Below, piece by piece: positions 36,871 to 50,353 of a stretch of 64,000 nt of DNA. The notes under the pieces were generated by a model. The model did no database searches. It was not told where the DNA came from and saw only the letters and a program-made list of their open reading frames with translations. A program made the position numbers and the translations under genes. Source of the stretch: Octopus bimaculoides (taxonomy: Eukaryota). The DNA lies in the NCBI RefSeq assembly GCF_001194135.2, contig NC_068987.1, forward strand, positions 44,250,061 through 44,314,060, in the 5' to 3' direction. How positions within the stretch are numbered: position 1 is the first letter of the stretch; every line of letters begins with the position of its first letter.

Positions 36871-36974
36871 CAAGGAAACGTAGCGTATTATATAGATTGT
36901 TGTTGAGCAACGCAATAGGGTAGGTAGTTTGAGGTTCGTAGTTTTGTTGGGCGTCGGAACAATAAGTTCATTTT

Positions 36975-37125
36975 GGTATTTGCTCCAGCTCGTTACGTCT
37001 CGAGTTCAAATATCGCAGAAGTCAACTTTGTTTTTTATTCCTCTGGTATTAGTAAAATAAAGTACCAGTCAATTTCTTGTCTTGGTGTTATCAACTACCT
37101 CCATCCTTCAAATTGTCTGTATTTA
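36975..37125 (+). mobile_element. Degenerate SINE family B copy
   Basis: gagttcaaat...gtcaactttg...aaataaagtaccag core. Confidence 0.55.
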
Positions 37126-37438
37126 TGCGTGCATACATGTGTGTATAAATATAAGTATACATGTATGTATTTGTATATATGCTAAGGTCTTGCCTATCAG
37201 ATGATGGTTAACTTTGAGAGTATACGTTTACCACTGTTTGTATCTAATATAATATAGCATACACACAATAATCATAATTTAAATTCTATCAAATTATACA
37301 AAAATGATGAAATGGATGCTAATTTTCAAAAGAAAATTTATCATCTTTGAATGAAATTAGATAAACCGATATTCAAGAAGAAATGAAAACAAAATTATTT
37401 TCCATGTTGATTTTATGGCAGTTCACACACAAACAGTC

Positions 37439-37469
<31 letters not shown>

Positions 37470-37574
37470 CTCCCTCTCTCTCTACCTATCTCTTTCTTTG
37501 TCTTGTTCTCTTTCTTTCTTTATCTCTCTCTTTCTCTCTCCCTCTTTCTCTCTCCCTCTCCCCCTCTCTCTCTC

Positions 37575-37611
<37 letters not shown>

Positions 37612-37613
<2 letters not shown>

Positions 37614-37892
37614 TGGCACTCCGTCGGTTACGACGACAAGTGTTCCAGTTGATCCGATCAGCGGAACAACCTGCTCGTGAAATTAACGTACAAGTGGCTG
37701 AGCACTCCACTGGCACGTGTACCCTTAACGTAGTTCTCTGAGGAGATTCAGCGTGACACAGAGTGTGACAAGGCTGGCCCTTTGAAATATAGGTACAACA
37801 GAAACAGGAAGAAAGAGTGAGAGAAAGTTATAGTGAAGGAGTACAGTAGGGTTCACCACCATCCCCTGCTGAAGCCTCGTGGAGCTTTAGGT
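37612..37892 (-). mobile_element. SINE family C, 5'-truncated copy
   Basis: Closely matches 21020-21300; the tRNA head is absent. Confidence 0.85.
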
Positions 37893-38964
37893 ATGTATAT
37901 ATGCATATATATTTTTTTATTTATATTATTATATGATTGAACGCCACGCATTCTCTTCCAAGTAAGTTTTATCTTAATAATTCTGATGCGCACTCTATAC
38001 GATCTTTTTACTCTTTCGTTTTTTCTCTCTTTCTTATTCTTTTACCGCCTCTTCTCCCACTATTCTATCCTATTATTCTGTCACTCTCTCTCCCTCACTC
38101 TCCCTCCCTTGCTCACGTGGCTCCCACGTGACCATCAGCCATCTTTCTTTCTTTCCGTTGTAGCTGGAACAAGGAAGACGTGTTATTGTTTGTCTCCTTC
38201 CTAGCTTGATTTACGCGTTCGCCACCACAAACTCGTTTAGACTTAGCAGCCCTTCCTGTTTGTTTTCACTGTCTTGTTTGTGTTACCTATTTTGACCCTC
38301 CTCAAAATCCCAAATTTTATTTAATTTACTTTGCGGAAGCAACTGTTTCATCGAAAGTGTATATTGTTGTTAAATGCTTGAAATATGAAACTAGAAAAAC
38401 AGCCAACAACTGATGAAGGCTGGTTCTTTATGTTGTTTATTTTGTTTTCCATTTGTGTCTTTCGTTGTTCGAAAGAATAGTTCACGCTACATGTACTTGT
38501 CCTTCGTACTTTTTTGATGTACNNNNNNNNNNNNNNNNNNNNNNNNNNNNNNNNNNNNNNNNNNNNNNNNNNNNNNNNNNNNNNNNNNNNNNNNNNNNNN
38601 NNNNNNNNNNNNNNNNNNNNNNNNNNNNNNNNNNNNNNNNNNNNNNNNNNNNNNNNNNNNNNNNNNNNNNNNNNNNNNNNNNNNNNNNNNNNNNNNNNNN
38701 NNNNNNNNNNNNNNTATATGTTTATATATATATAGATAAAAAGTGTAGGTGGCATACGAGTGGGTATATATTTATAAAAAAGAAGTTTGAAAACGCCACT
38801 ATATAAAATAAATTTTAATTTTTAATTTTCTCAGAGATATTTTACATGTTTCGGTTCTTGTAAAAACGAACCTTATCAAAAATACATATTTTTTAAAATG
38901 TAATTAAAAGAGAAGTTCATAATTGTTTCTTACTGGTGTCAACAGAGTCCACGTGGAAACGTTT

Positions 38965-39072
38965 TATGTAGTAGTAGTGACCGTGTTGGTAATGGTAAAC
39001 GGGAGTGACCACTGTCCGTTATAGCAGCAGTAGTTAATTGGCTGTAGTAGTAGAGGAAGAAGCAGCAGCATC

Positions 39073-39107
<35 letters not shown>

Positions 39108-39144
39108 CGACCGTAATAGCAGCAGTAGCAGAGACTGTTGGTCA

Positions 39145-39176
<32 letters not shown>

Positions 39177-39212
39177 ACCGTAATAGTAGTAGTAGCATAG
39201 CAGAGACTGTTG

Positions 39213-39254
<42 letters not shown>

Positions 39255-39292
39255 ACCGTAATAGCAGCAGTAGCAGAGACTGTTGGTCGTAT
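38965..39292. repeat. Composite minisatellite: fixed gaccgtaatag..agcagagactgttggt unit alternating with variable (AGT)n
   Basis: Three clear units at about 39109, 39175 and 39253. Confidence 0.85.
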
Positions 39293-40010
39293 TATTACAA
39301 GTTCTTAATTTATGCGAGTTGGAAGTTCTAACGAGTAGTTGTTTAGCCAGAAAGTGATCGCTTCTATTCCTAAGGTATGGGGGATGTTTGAATAAAGGTT
39401 AACTACGTCGAAGGATACTAGTAGGGCTTTCTCATTGACTGTTTTTTTTTTGGGGGGGGGGGGGGTTAAGCATGTCTATATCGTCTCTTATGTAGCTTTT
39501 GATGTACTTAAGGAAAGGTTTTAGAAGTGTGACTAAGAAGTTGCTGAGGCGGTGAGTTTCGCATGCTAGGCCTGCTATTATCGGTCTAAGTTTTAGATCA
39601 TTCGGTGAGGGGGTTTTGATGATTATGTCAGTAGTTTTTTTACATGCTTCACTAATTATTTTGCTTATGTGGACTTTAGGGATACCGTAGAATAAACTTG
39701 ATTTGCACTTGAAGTTGGTGATGTAATCGTACTCCTTGTCTGTGAGTCCTTCTCGGTATGAATTGATTAATGTCCTGAGGTTATTCATTATTTTTGGTTG
39801 ATTATAATGTTGGGCCCGTTCGTAGTGTGTCTCATCTCCTAATAGGGATAGTACTAATTTTTTATAATCATTTGTGTTCATTAGAACTACCGTGTTACCC
39901 TTATCTGCCTCCTTGATCGTTATGGTTTTATCTTCTCTTAGTTTGATGAGGTCGTTCCATTCTCTTTTGTTGAAGTTTGGTCTGTATTTTTGCCTGTTTG
40001 CAATGGAACA
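39293..40010 (-). mobile_element. Penelope-like element (Neptune-like) RT N-terminal fragment
   Basis: Translated motifs ITIKEADKG, FYGIPKVH, LRPIIAG, RLSNFL and LLVSFDVVNLYSNIPH. Confidence 0.85.
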
Positions 40011-40337
40011 TAACCAGGAAAAACGGGTCCGTTCGTGCTACAGATCATGATGGGAGGGATAACTTCCCTTGGCAAACAGGACACAGTAGTGTGTCGATAA
40101 GCCAGCTGGAGGAGATGTCCTCCTGGGGCTAAAAGCAACAGTAACATCCACCCCTAGGTGTCAGCCACACTTAAGTGGCAATATACTACACTTTATCGTG
40201 CAGTTACTGTTAATACTTCATTTAGAGAATTAACATTGCTTGTTTTCACCTTCTCGATATCAGTGAAGAATTTCACTGGAAAAGTATATATAAGATTGCC
40301 AAGAAATTATCTCTCTCATCAAGGATCAGTGGCTATC

Positions 40338-40378
40338 GGACGCCGACGAAGGGAAATAACCCTGAAACCCGGGTCCAT
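40338..40378 (+). ncRNA. Minimal type I hammerhead ribozyme candidate (degenerate core), truncated by an N-gap
   Basis: GGACG-CCGACGA-AGGG(AAAUAA)CCCU-GAAA-CCCGGG-UC^CAU, giving stem II of 4 bp and a palindromic stem III ACCCGGGU. The core has CCGA instead of CUGA. Confidence 0.6.
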
Positions 40379-41454
40379 NNNNNNNNNNNNNNNNNNNNNN
40401 NNNNNNNNNNNNNNNNNNNNNNNNNNNNNNNNNNNNNNNNNNNNNNNNNNNNNNNNNNNNNNNNNNNNNNNNNNNNNNNNNNNNNNNNNNNNNNNNNNNN
40501 NNNNNNNNNNNNNNNNNNNNNNNNNNNNNNNNNNNNNNNNNNNNNNNNNNNNNNNNNNNNNNNNNNNNNNNNNNNNNNNNNNNNNNNNNNNNNNNNNNNN
40601 NNNNNNNNNNNNNNNNNNNNNNNNNNNNNNNNNNNNNNNNNNNNNNNNNNNNNNNNNNNNNNNNNNNNNNNNNNNNNNNNNNNNNNNNNNNNNNNNNNNN
40701 NNNNNNNNNNNNNNNNNNNNNNNNNNNNNNNNNNNNNNNNNNNNNNNNNNNNNNNNNNNNNNNNNNNNNNNNNNNNNNNNNNNNNNNNNNNNNNNNNNNN
40801 NNNNNNNNNNNNNNNNNNNNNNNNNNNNNNNNNNNNNNNNNNNNNNNNNNNNNNNNNNNNNNNNNNNNNNNNNNNNNNNNNNNNNNNNNNNNNNNNNNNN
40901 NNNNNNNNNNNNNNNNNNNNNNNNNNNNNNNNNNNNNNNNNNNNNNNNNNNNNNNNNNNNNNNNNNNNNNNNNNNNNNNNNNNNNNNNNNNNNNNNNNNN
41001 NNNNNNNNNNNNNNNNNNNNNNNNNNNNNNNNNNNNNNNNNNNNNNNNNNNNNNNNNNNNNNNNNNNNNNNNNNNNNNNNNNNNNNNNNNNNNNNNNNNN
41101 NNNNNNNNNNNNNNNNNNNNNNNNNNNNNNNNNNNNNNNNNNNNNNNNNNNNNNNNNNNNNNNNNNNNNNNNNNNNNNNNNNNNNNNNNNNNNNNNNNNN
41201 NNNNNNNNNNNNNNNNNNNNNNNNNNNNNNNNNNNNNNNNNNNNNNNNNNNNNNNNNNNNNNNNNNNNNNNNNNNNNNATATATATATATATATAAATGT
41301 TTTTAAGAGATTAATTTTGAAAGCTGCATTTCCTCGCTTTCGGTAAATATGTTGCTTATTTTTTGACTTAATTAGTCCCTCTAAGCGTGAGGCATTACTA
41401 CATAGTTAATGCCCTTTATATAAATTATATATATATATGTATGTATGTATGTAT

Positions 41455-41600
41455 ACGACGGGTTTGCTTGAGTTTCCGTCTACCAAATCCACTTACAAGG
41501 CTTTGGTCAGCCAAAGAAAACACTTGACCAAGGTGTCCACGATGTCACGGAACTATGTGATTGAGCAGCAAACTTCTTACCCCCACAACCACGCTTGTGC
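41455..41600 (-). mobile_element. SINE family A 5' half
   Basis: tttccgtctaccaaatccacttacaaggctttggtc is the reverse complement of the 50970-51010 core; abuts a TA/TGTA microsatellite. Confidence 0.75.
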
Positions 41601-43209
41601 TTTCGTGACATTTATTAATACCGTACTCCCATTTGTTATTTGTTAAAACGAAATTCGAGTCTCGATGCACAAGAAACAGAGAGTAATACATTTACTGATA
41701 TTGCGGAAACTTGCCGAGCAGTAAAAATATTCGGTGTACGCAATCGAAGCGCTATTAAACTAAAATCGCCATTTGTGTGTGATACGTAACGTTCTACACC
41801 GTCCAAAGGTATATCTTGGTTTTTGTCTGAGAGAAAATTTCACAATATATACCGGAGCGAGCCGACTATCGTTCCAGCAGTGCCCACGAGATTTTCTGGC
41901 GCATTTCGCCCTTCTTGAGTCCTAGCCATGACGTGCACTCGCTTGTCACATGCCTTGACGAAATTTATTACCTCCAATATATAGGTAAAAGGAAACAGGG
42001 AACAATACATTCACTGGGGTCACAACTGGTATTATATTCATCTCGCTCCGATGTACATTGAGTTTTTAACAATATAAGCAATATGATTTTGAAGGCATTT
42101 CCTCTCAGACAGAAACCCCATCGCATCATGTCTTTCAACGGTGTGTATACGTTACGTATGATAAAGAGTTTGCTATTTTAACTTAATACTGCTTTAATTG
42201 CGTATATCGAGCTTTTAAACAACATAAGTATATTATTTCAAGACGTTATACATGAGCAGAACACTCTAATTTACAGACTATAAATACAAACATACGTATG
42301 CTATGCGCACATGTATATCATGCATTAAAGAATAAACGTATGTGAGCGCACAAAGAGAGGGGGATAGGGCGGGAGAGAGAAAGAGGAAAAGGGGTAGAGA
42401 GGGAGTGAGGGAGAGAGAGAGAAAGAGGGAGATGGGAGGAGAGTGATTTGAGAGAATCAGGAAGGCGAGTAAAGAATGTTAAGTTTCACTAATCTCTCAG
42501 ATTTACACGACAAAAAATGAGATTAATACGAATGTAAACTATAAGACGTCGGTTAAAACTGCAATAAATATTCTTTTGTTCGTGGACGGTGGCGAAATGT
42601 TGAAAGATATTGAAATAGATAAAGAGTTTGAAGGAGATAAACAAAACGTCTGCTGCTTAATAACATCTGTGATGAATGATCACGGGAAATGGTCGAGGCA
42701 GAAAGGAACAACACTAAACACGGCGCTCTGATCTTGTGTTTGCTTACGGCACTGCTACTCGTGTGCATATGTGTGTATATGTATATGCGTGAGTGTATAT
42801 ATATATGTGTGTGTGTGTGTGTGTATGCATGTGTGTATGTATGTAGGTATGTGTGTGTGAATTTATATATGTGTGAATATATGCGTGTATATTTGTACAT
42901 ATGCATGCGTGTATATTGTACATATATATATATATGCAAATATATATGTATATATTTATGTATGTATATACAAATATATATATATATACAAACACACTCA
43001 CACACACACATGCTCGTATACACATATATGAGGTACATTCCAGAAGTTTTGAGACTTTTTTAGAAGAGACAGTTATAACTGTCCTAGATTATTGTAATTT
43101 TAGTATAACATTACTATACATCTAATAATCTGTCCTGTCAACTTTTTAAATTCAAGATTAAGGGAGACAGCTGAAGCAGCACTTTGAACAGGCCCTACTA
43201 AACACTGTT

Positions 43210-46200
43210 TAATACAGCTGACTAGTTTTCAGACTGATTTTATCTTCCTGACAAACATCAGCTCCGCTGGTGACATACCTACTGGTGTATTTGGATTTGG
43301 TGTCACACGGTATAGTCTAAAGAATTGTTGTAGAGCTACCTCATCCGTGACTTCCTTATTCGACTTTCTTAGGGCACTCTTGAAGGTATCGACAGAGCAT
43401 TCTGCTTGTCCGTTAGATATGGAATAGTTTGGCGCCATAGTTAGATGTTCTACAGCGAACGTTTTACAGAACTTTTTTAATTCAAAAGACACAAACTGTA
43501 TTCCATTGTCAGACACTATCGCGTCTGGGATGCCAAATCTCGCAAACAGCTCATGTTAAAAATTAGTCACATTTGAAGAGGCTAGTTTTTTTACACTTAA
43601 GATTTTTGGCCATTTAGAGAAACTATCAACTACCACTAAGTAGTACGAATCGTTTAAAGGACCAGCGAAATTGACGTATAGTCTCGACAACAGAATATCT
43701 ACTTTTGGCCAAGGCTCACTTTTTCTCGTCGGTAATTTTGCGGCTAAAGCACATCCTCTACAGCCTTTCACTAAATTTTCAATTTCTCTATCCATTTTTG
43801 GCCAGTACACGTAGCTACGCATTAAAGCTTTCATCCTCGAAATACCAGGATGCCCAACATGAAATTCCCCTCAACATTTTCTTTCATAAGGTTTCAGTTA
43901 TCACTACTCTCTATGCATACATCAGTACGCCATCAGAAATTGAGTATAGGTTCACGTCTTCGTTTCGTTTCGCATCAATCCTGTTCCTATTTACTTTTCC
44001 TGACCACAGTGTTCTTTTCACTTCCGTTATGAATTTATCCATTACCGCATTTCGCTTTGTCTTCTAGGGTTACTGGTAATTCGCGTACCACATTACATTT
44101 TTGTGTTTCTTTTTACTTTAAAGCTGCGATTACTGTATCTTCGAATGGCTCGCCGTCTTTCGGTATCAGTCTGGACAAACCATCCGCATGCCCTAGTTTT
44201 TTTTATGTTAAATATTCCATTTTGTAGTCATAATTCAATAATGTAGTGCCCCATCGTTGTAGGCTATTTGCTGTGTGTGTTGGTATTCCTTTCTTAGAAC
44301 CGTATATTGACAGTAGTGGGTGATGATCCGTTTGTAGACAGAAACGTCTTCCATGAATAAATCTATGGATTTCTTTCACACAGAATATTATTGCTACCGC
44401 TTCCTTTTCTATCTGATTATAGTTCCTTTCAGATGGCAATAATGATCGTGACTCATCGGCTATAGCATTTTTACTCCTATCGTCATATTTGTGCAGAAGC
44501 ATGGCTCCTACACCGTAGTCACTCGCATCTGTAACCAATATAATATCCAACTTTGGATCAAAATGTGTTAACAAGTCCGATGTTAAAAGCTTTTTAACTC
44601 GTCAAACGCCTTTTGGCAGTATCAGTCCAACACCATTTTGTATTTTTCTTTAACAGATCATTGATCGGGGCCCTTACATTACGTATTTTGAGAATGTAAA
44701 TTTGATAATAATTTACTAAACCTAATAATACTTGTAACAGTCACATTATTCGGCGTGGGCATATTTTTTATCGCAGTTGCTCTGGATGGATCCGGTTTCC
44801 GTATGTTTTTATCTATTATCTGGCCCAAGTATTTAGTTATTTTCATAAAGAACTCGCATTTTTCTTCTGTTAACTTGAAACCGTATTCTCTAATCTTCTC
44901 GAATACCCTTTTAAAGTGTTCTACATGTTGTTCATGTGATTCACTTTTCATTAGAATATCGTCTAAATAGGCGATAGTAAAATCACAGTCACCCAGCACT
45001 GTATCCATTATTGGCTGAAATATGGAAGGGGCCACTTTTAAACCAAAGGGAAGTCGCTTAAATTTAAATAAGCCACGATGTGTATTAATTGTTAATAAAT
45101 GTGAGCATTCTTCTTCTACTTGGATTTGTAGATATGCCTCCAAGAGGTCTAATTTTGAAAAGAATTTCCCTCCATTCAATTTTGCAAACACTTCCTCAGG
45201 ACTTGGCAATGGGTAGCTATGTGAGATTAAGCAATCATTCAAACTTGTTAAAAAATTTGCACAAACGCTTAACTTGTTATTTTTCTTTTTTACATAGACG
45301 GTAGATGCTTCCCAGTCTGAGTGGTCCGACTTCTTGATTATTCCTAGGTTTTCAAGTCTTTCAAGTTCCTTGTTGACCTGGTCTATTGCCGCGAACGGTA
45401 CGTTCCATTTTGGCTTAAATACAGGCGTTGCACTTTGCTTTACTGCAATTTTTGACTTTACTTTCATACAACAGCCCAGTTCCTCCGAGAAAACAACTGG
45501 AAATAAATGTTTTATTTTCTGTTTCAGTCCCTCAGCCTCATTCGAACCTTCGACCTAAGCGGCTATATTCCCACACAAAATACTTATGGACGTATTGCAC
45601 AATTTGAATAGTTCCACCCACTCTGTGCCGAATAGATTAACTGAATTTTTAGCACATATTTTTGCCGTTTTCATTTGCTCACGAACTTTACATTACACAC
45701 AAATTCACCGACAAAATACAATCTTTTACCTGTAACACGATGTGCTACTTTTGTAGATTTATTTAATTTCGGTTTCCCGATAAACTTCCAAGTTTTTCCG
45801 TTCACAGCGGTAATATCACTTCCAGTGTCTAACTGCATTTTTACTCTTATATTTTAATTTTCACATTTACGAATTTTCTCTTCGTTATATTACCATTCGA
45901 CGACATACTGTTTATTATTTTTTCGTTGTTCCAACGTTTTGTCATCTTGGTTTTACAGTGCGTTTTTATGTATCCAATTTTTCCACAACGGAAACATTCC
46001 GCTTTCTTAAATGGACAGTTTTTCCTAGGTATAGACCTCCACATGCAAAACATGGGTTTTTTCCTGATTTTTGTTAAGTTTGCACTGTATTTTAGTGCAT
46101 ACTTGATTTTATTCTGCGTATTTCGCACTTGTTTCACTTGGGAGCAATCTTTATGCTCAATTTTCTCTGCGTGGAGTCTTAAATTTACTATTCTTTCACA

Positions 46201-47173
46201 CTCTTCTGACACTCGTTGTAAGATTCAGCTTGGTTTTGTTCCAACATAGCGAGAATTCTTGTTCTTATTTCTGCGTCTTTCTCTGCGGTTAGTCTCTGAG
46301 TAAATATCTAGCACTTGAACATGTCTGGCGTTAATTCGTCCAGCTTGAACTTTTCACATTCCCCGTTAACTTAATCAGTATATGTGATATAGTCCTCCTC
46401 GTTGTTCTTTTCTAGGTTCAAAATTACCAACGTGTATTGAACAACGAGCTTTTCTCACTAAAAAATTTACGCAATATATCTTTAAGTTTTATATCAGAAG
46501 GTTTTTTTTTTTTTTTCGGGAATACGTAATTGCTGAATCACTCATGTTCTCCTACTGCCAATTTTCGTAAGATTAAACGCGTTTTCACATCGTTGTCCCT
46601 GTCTTTGTACTCTTTATTGAAGATTAGTTCATATCTTCTATAGTAAGCCCCGAAGCTAACTCCTTCGTCTGGTTTGTACTTAAACTCTGCTATCGAGTTC
46701 GCAACATAATCTGGCGAAAACATGTTTCAGCATTTCCTGACGACTTACTATTCATTAATTACAGCATTTGTTCTAATAGTAATTGTTGTTGTTGTTGTTG
46801 TTGATGTTTCTTTTGCTGTTGTTCTTGCAGTTGTAGCTGCTGTTTTTGCAACTTGAGGAAACCGGCCAACAAATTTTCCACAATTTTACGACTTTTGTTC
46901 CGTAAAATTCGCACAAATACTTTTGTGAATTTGTTAATTCCTCGTGAGTTTGTTAATTCCTCGTCACCACTGTTGTAATCCTTAATGTCGTATTGTTATA
47001 ACTCCCACTCTGGTATAGCTGTATAGTTAGTAAGACCAGTAAAGACAAGACTATCTATGACCGTCTCCTTCGTACACTCTCTTTATACTGACCGACGTCG
47101 CCTTATTTATAGCGACTAGCATATAATACTCATCACATGGGAGGGGTATACCATTATGACTATTATTCCCACA
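43210..47173 (-). mobile_element. Gypsy (Mag/K02A2.6-like) LTR retrotransposon: 5' LTR 46971-47173, PBS, gag, protease, RT, RNase H, integrase; 3' end lost
   Basis: Translated motifs FGAYYRRYE (gag), CFRCGKIGYIKTHC, RLPFGLK...AYLDDIL (RT), VTDASDYGVGA...EKEA...TDHHPL (RNase H), YVYWPKMD and SDNGIQF...SNGQAE (integrase). PBS is TGGTGACGAGG at 46959-46969. Confidence 0.95.
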
Positions 47174-47399
47174 ATAATTAGTATGAAAATTTTTGCAAGA
47201 TTTGAAAGAAGAGAAAATAGAAGGGAAATAATAAAAAATAGAATGAAAATAAGAGAATAGTGAGGAAAAGGAGGAAGGGAATGTCGGACATATATTACAA
47301 AGCAGATTTCTAAGCATCCGACTGTAGGAGCATTGTCTTTGCGGTGTTGCAAGCGTTATAGAAAACTGCTTTGGGAAATATTTATTTATTAATACTTAT

Positions 47400-47600
47400 T
47401 AGCAGTACCCATGGGAATTCCACGGTGATTTTGAAAATTGTGAAGTGGAATTGTATATTTTTCTGAAGTATTTGATTCTTGAGATGGTATAAATGTCCCC
47501 ATAGGTAGTACTGAAGGTACACAATCTGAAGAAATATCTCTAAAAGCTTATGTTCTTATATATTCTACTGAATTGGTATCTATTTTTCACTCTATGTTAA
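47400..47600 (+). mobile_element. Possible decayed PLE GIY-YIG fragment
   Basis: Remnants PMG...GIVY, IGSTEG and STEL lie in shifting frames. Confidence 0.3.
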
Positions 47601-47899
47601 GTAACCAGCGTTGACTGGTATTGCGTTTTCCATTCACGCGTTCCCTTCAGTGAACACTTTTCTTTTATTCATTCTCTCCCTCTCTATTTATCTAGTATCT
47701 ATCTATCTATTTATCTATTTATCTGTCTTTTTCTACCTCTTCAACTCTTTAACGACATGGCATAATAGCAATCTCTTTCTCCGAGCTCTCACCGCTAACA
47801 CTCTTCTTTCTGTTTCTCTCATAGTCTCTCCCTTCAACTAACCACGTGACAGCCTCACATTTGATCTTAACGCAGTAGTATACAGATTAAAGCCAGAGT

Positions 47900-48100
47900 A
47901 GCATATTGGCAGAATCATTAGAGCATCGGGGGAAAATACTTTACTTTGCATTCTGAGTTCAAATCCCGTCAACTTTACCTTTCATCCTTTTAGGATCGAT
48001 AAGATAAAGTACCAGTTAAATATTGGATGAGTCGATGTAATCAACTAGCCGTGTGCTGCTAAAATTGCTGAGCCTGTGCCAAAATCTGAAATCGTTGTTG
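47900..48100 (+). mobile_element. Degenerate SINE family B copy
   Basis: ggcagaatcattag...ctgagttcaaatccc...cctttcatcctttt...tgtgccaaaatctgaaa. Confidence 0.75.
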
Positions 48101-49344
48101 TTGTTTGGAAGGTGGATATTTTACCTAGATAAAGGATTTTCGTTTGCGGAAGAAACTTAGATTAATGGTGTTAACCTGCGAGTTTCATTAGTGAAATAAC
48201 TTTTATCGTGGCTTCATGAGATAGTTATAATGTAAAGTAGAAACGTGAGACCCTGTCTGTAAACAAGAACCTGAAACATAAAAAAAGATTAAGAGAATTT
48301 GTGGAGAGTATGGTATTAAAAAGCAAATGGTTTCATTCACACACAAGTTCAAGAACAAACTCGCTTCATTTTCTTTGAAATATAATGCTGGTGAAAATTC
48401 TAAATCATCTGTCGGTACAAAAAGCAATGAAATTTGTAAAAGATGCCAATCTTAATGAGGCAATGATGAAAGTGGTTTATTCACCGACGATTCTGTAGCA
48501 ACAACGGCCGTTCTGTAGAAATTCAAAGTTTCAAAGTGCTGCTTCCAAGCTAATTAGGCAAATGAGCATCAAGAATTTGGAAGTTAGTAGTTAGAGTTAT
48601 GGCAATTTAGAAATCACCATAGAAGGGTTTATAAAAGTGCTAATAGTGAAACAGGCAGCGAAACAGCTGCGAAATCTAACCATTTTAAATGAGGTTAATT
48701 AAGAGTGAAAAGATCTTAATTTTCCAAAGGTATTATGGAAACGAAACTGGGCTGTGCTGTCATTGACTCCACAAAAACACTCAAGCTGTTTATTATAATG
48801 ACACCTCCACACCTGCTTGTAAATTAAGGAACGCTTTTCAGCTGATGGTGTGCGCCGTTTAAAGTTAACGGTAGTTACGAGGTAAACACATCCACGAGTT
48901 TTGAAGGACAATACAGTTACTCTCAGTATATTATTAAACACTCAAAGCCACCAGTATTCGACATGCATGTCCTTAATGACTTCTTTGCTGCAACGTGTAA
49001 ATACCAGGAAGGTGTTCTCAAACTTTATGTTCGTGAGCTGAAGATGCTACTAATTTTGGTCGGCTGGCAACCAGCTGTTCGCCCAGATAATTACCAACTT
49101 CACTGTAATGACGATTATTAAATAAGGTGCATGATCTGTTTGTCCAGTATTACCTCCACAATTCAACCAATTCATTAAGATATAATTGTGACCTGCACGA
49201 TATTATACCAACGAAAATATTTGGAAGAAATTCTCGTGGTGATCGAAGAGAACGATTTTATAGAAGACACACGACCCGTAATATTCATTTCAGCAGCTTC
49301 GTATAAGGCACTAAAGATTACTATTATAACTTACTTAAGTCTAT

Positions 49345-49606
49345 CATGAACTCGGGGGCCTATAAAACCGTAGCTCAATCCAGTTTTTATGGCCTAAAAG
49401 TGGCTGAAACTACAGTACTACCTCCTGGACAGAACGCCGATCAACTGCAGAGTTATCTTCCCAGCTATTGCTGGAACTCACATCTGAGGGCACTAGAGCA
49501 AGGTGAAATGAAGTGTTTTGCTCAAGACCACTACACTTCATCTAGTCTCATCGAAACCACTATCTTACGATCGTGACTGCAACACCCTAACCACTAGGCC
49601 ACACAC
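49345..49606 (-). mobile_element. tRNA-derived SINE family D
   Basis: The minus-strand head gtgtggcctagtggttagggtg...gtggtttcgat has A/B boxes, followed by cttgagcaaaacacttcattt. Confidence 0.65.
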
Positions 49607-49983
49607 TATTCAAATTAATGCTTAGAAAATATTATACGTGGATAGAATACAATGATGTTGGTGTTTGATTTTAGACATCTGATGTACACTACAGCTGCTG
49701 CTAGCAGATGACTAATATAGAGGATGCAGTAGAGATATGCATAGATAGGTTTCTTTATTAGCCACACAGGGCTCAACACAGAGGGGACAAAATACAAATG
49801 TAGAGTTTTTCTTTTCGAGGGGGTCGAAAACAAAGCAGAAAAAAAACAAAAGTGGGGACAACGATGAAAAAAAAACATCGCAAAACGTTTGGGGTATTTA
49901 CAAAAAATACGAAATAATACAAAAAATTCCCAATAAATGGGGAGGTTATCCGTGGAAAGAAAAACCTACGAAAAGAGATATGC

Positions 49984-50028
<45 letters not shown>

Positions 50029-50320
50029 CTGACAAGCAGACAGATAGATAATTAGATAAACACACATATATACATGCATACTCGTATATGTGTATGTGTG
50101 TGTATGCACATGTATTCATGCAAGCATACATATGCACATGCGTTCTTATATACATGCATGTGTACATAAATATATCACGCATAGATTTATACATTCATCA
50201 TACACACATAATTTTGTTGTATACAAACTAAACGATCTTTGAAGTATTTTAAAGTCTTGCTTTTATGAACACATACACACATACATACACATATGTGTGT
50301 GTCTATTTGTGTGTGTGCGT

Positions 50321-50353
<33 letters not shown>

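Noticed and set aside
38405-38480. CTGATGA...GAAA as a second hammerhead
   Set aside because: Stem II cannot close (A/C at the first pair) and there is no compatible stem I or III.
39107-39292. CRISPR-like repeat-spacer pattern
   Set aside because: The spacers are (AGT)n microsatellite rather than unique sequence, the context is eukaryotic, and no cas genes are present.
43030-43205. 3' LTR of the minus-strand Gypsy
   Set aside because: It shows no similarity to the 5' LTR and looks instead like a short DNA-transposon relic, too decayed to call.
44679-45467. Intact, active Gypsy pol
   Set aside because: Pol is broken into several frames with stops and the 3' LTR is absent.
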